Source: Chiloscyllium plagiosum
Taxonomy: Eukaryota
Reading direction: 5' to 3'
Assembly: GCF_004010195.1 (NCBI RefSeq)
Contig: NC_057756.1
Location: forward strand, 2,792,776 to 2,856,775
Length of the DNA stretch: 64,000 nt
This document shows, piece by piece, positions 63,709 through 64,000 of this stretch. The notes below the pieces were generated by a model, which worked only from the letters and a program-made list of their open reading frames with translations, was not told the DNA's origin and ran no database searches. Within the stretch, counting starts at the first letter, position 1; every line of letters starts with the position of its first letter. Made by a program: the position numbers and the translations under genes.

Positions 63709-63835
63709 CTGAAGAAGGGCTTATACCCGAAACGTCGATTCTCCTGTTCCCTGGATGCTGCCTGACCTGCTGCGCTGTTCCAGCAACACATTTTCAGCTC
63801 TGATCGCCAGCATCTGCAGACCTCACTTTCTCCTC
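63709..63835 (+). mobile_element. 127-bp Penelope-terminal-repeat-derived insertion starting at a hammerhead core
   Basis: CTGAAGA-AGGG cttata CCC-GAAACGTC at its 5' end; perfect 13-bp flanking duplication CTATTAACAGATC at 63696-63708 and 63836-63848. Confidence 0.85.
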
Positions 63836-63859
63836 CTATTAACAGATCTACCCTGTATT

Positions 63860-63990
63860 CTTAAACTGTGACTGCCAAATCTGGAATCGTCATACATCTG
63901 GGATGCATGCCCCAAAATTTTCATGTACACACAATGTGATTGTTCATATAAACTTCGCTGATCCTAATTTTAGAAACATGGAGAATAGTC
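63860..63990 (+). pseudogene. TOPAZ1: TOPAZ1-like C-terminal fragment (weak)
   Basis: IHLGCMPQNF vs LSLGCYPPLE. Confidence 0.4.
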
Positions 63991-64000
63991 TGGAAACTCA

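Noticed and set aside
1..64000. Functional spliced MORC or TOPAZ1 gene; endogenous DNA virus carrying MORC; artefactual or mis-assembled sequence
   Set aside because: Fragments are out of order, on both strands and full of stops, so no gene model is possible. No viral core genes were seen. Exact target duplications and correctly resumed nested elements argue for real evolved DNA, although an artefact cannot be fully excluded without reads.

Overview
Vertebrate genomic DNA, almost certainly from an elasmobranch (shark): HE1-type SINEs, CR1 LINEs with (TTCTATG)n tails, Penelope-like elements with hammerhead motifs, and Gmr1-like Gypsy LTR elements. I found no intact host gene, rRNA, tRNA or CRISPR array. 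Most of the window is nested transposon debris of two age classes (young CR1/HE1/Penelope; heavily decayed Gypsy/CR1/L2). The main unexpected result: nearly every non-TE gap translates into short, frameshifted, stop-riddled fragments of just two chromatin/germline genes. One is a MORC1/MORC2-type GHKL ATPase (about 20 fragments); the other is TOPAZ1 (about 20 fragments). They lie on both strands, in scrambled order, are largely intronless, and are strongly diverged from each other. Homology calls come from manual translation compared with human MORC1/MORC2/TOPAZ1 sequences recalled from memory; no search was run, so single weak fragments may be wrong. Boundaries are approximate unless a junction is quoted.
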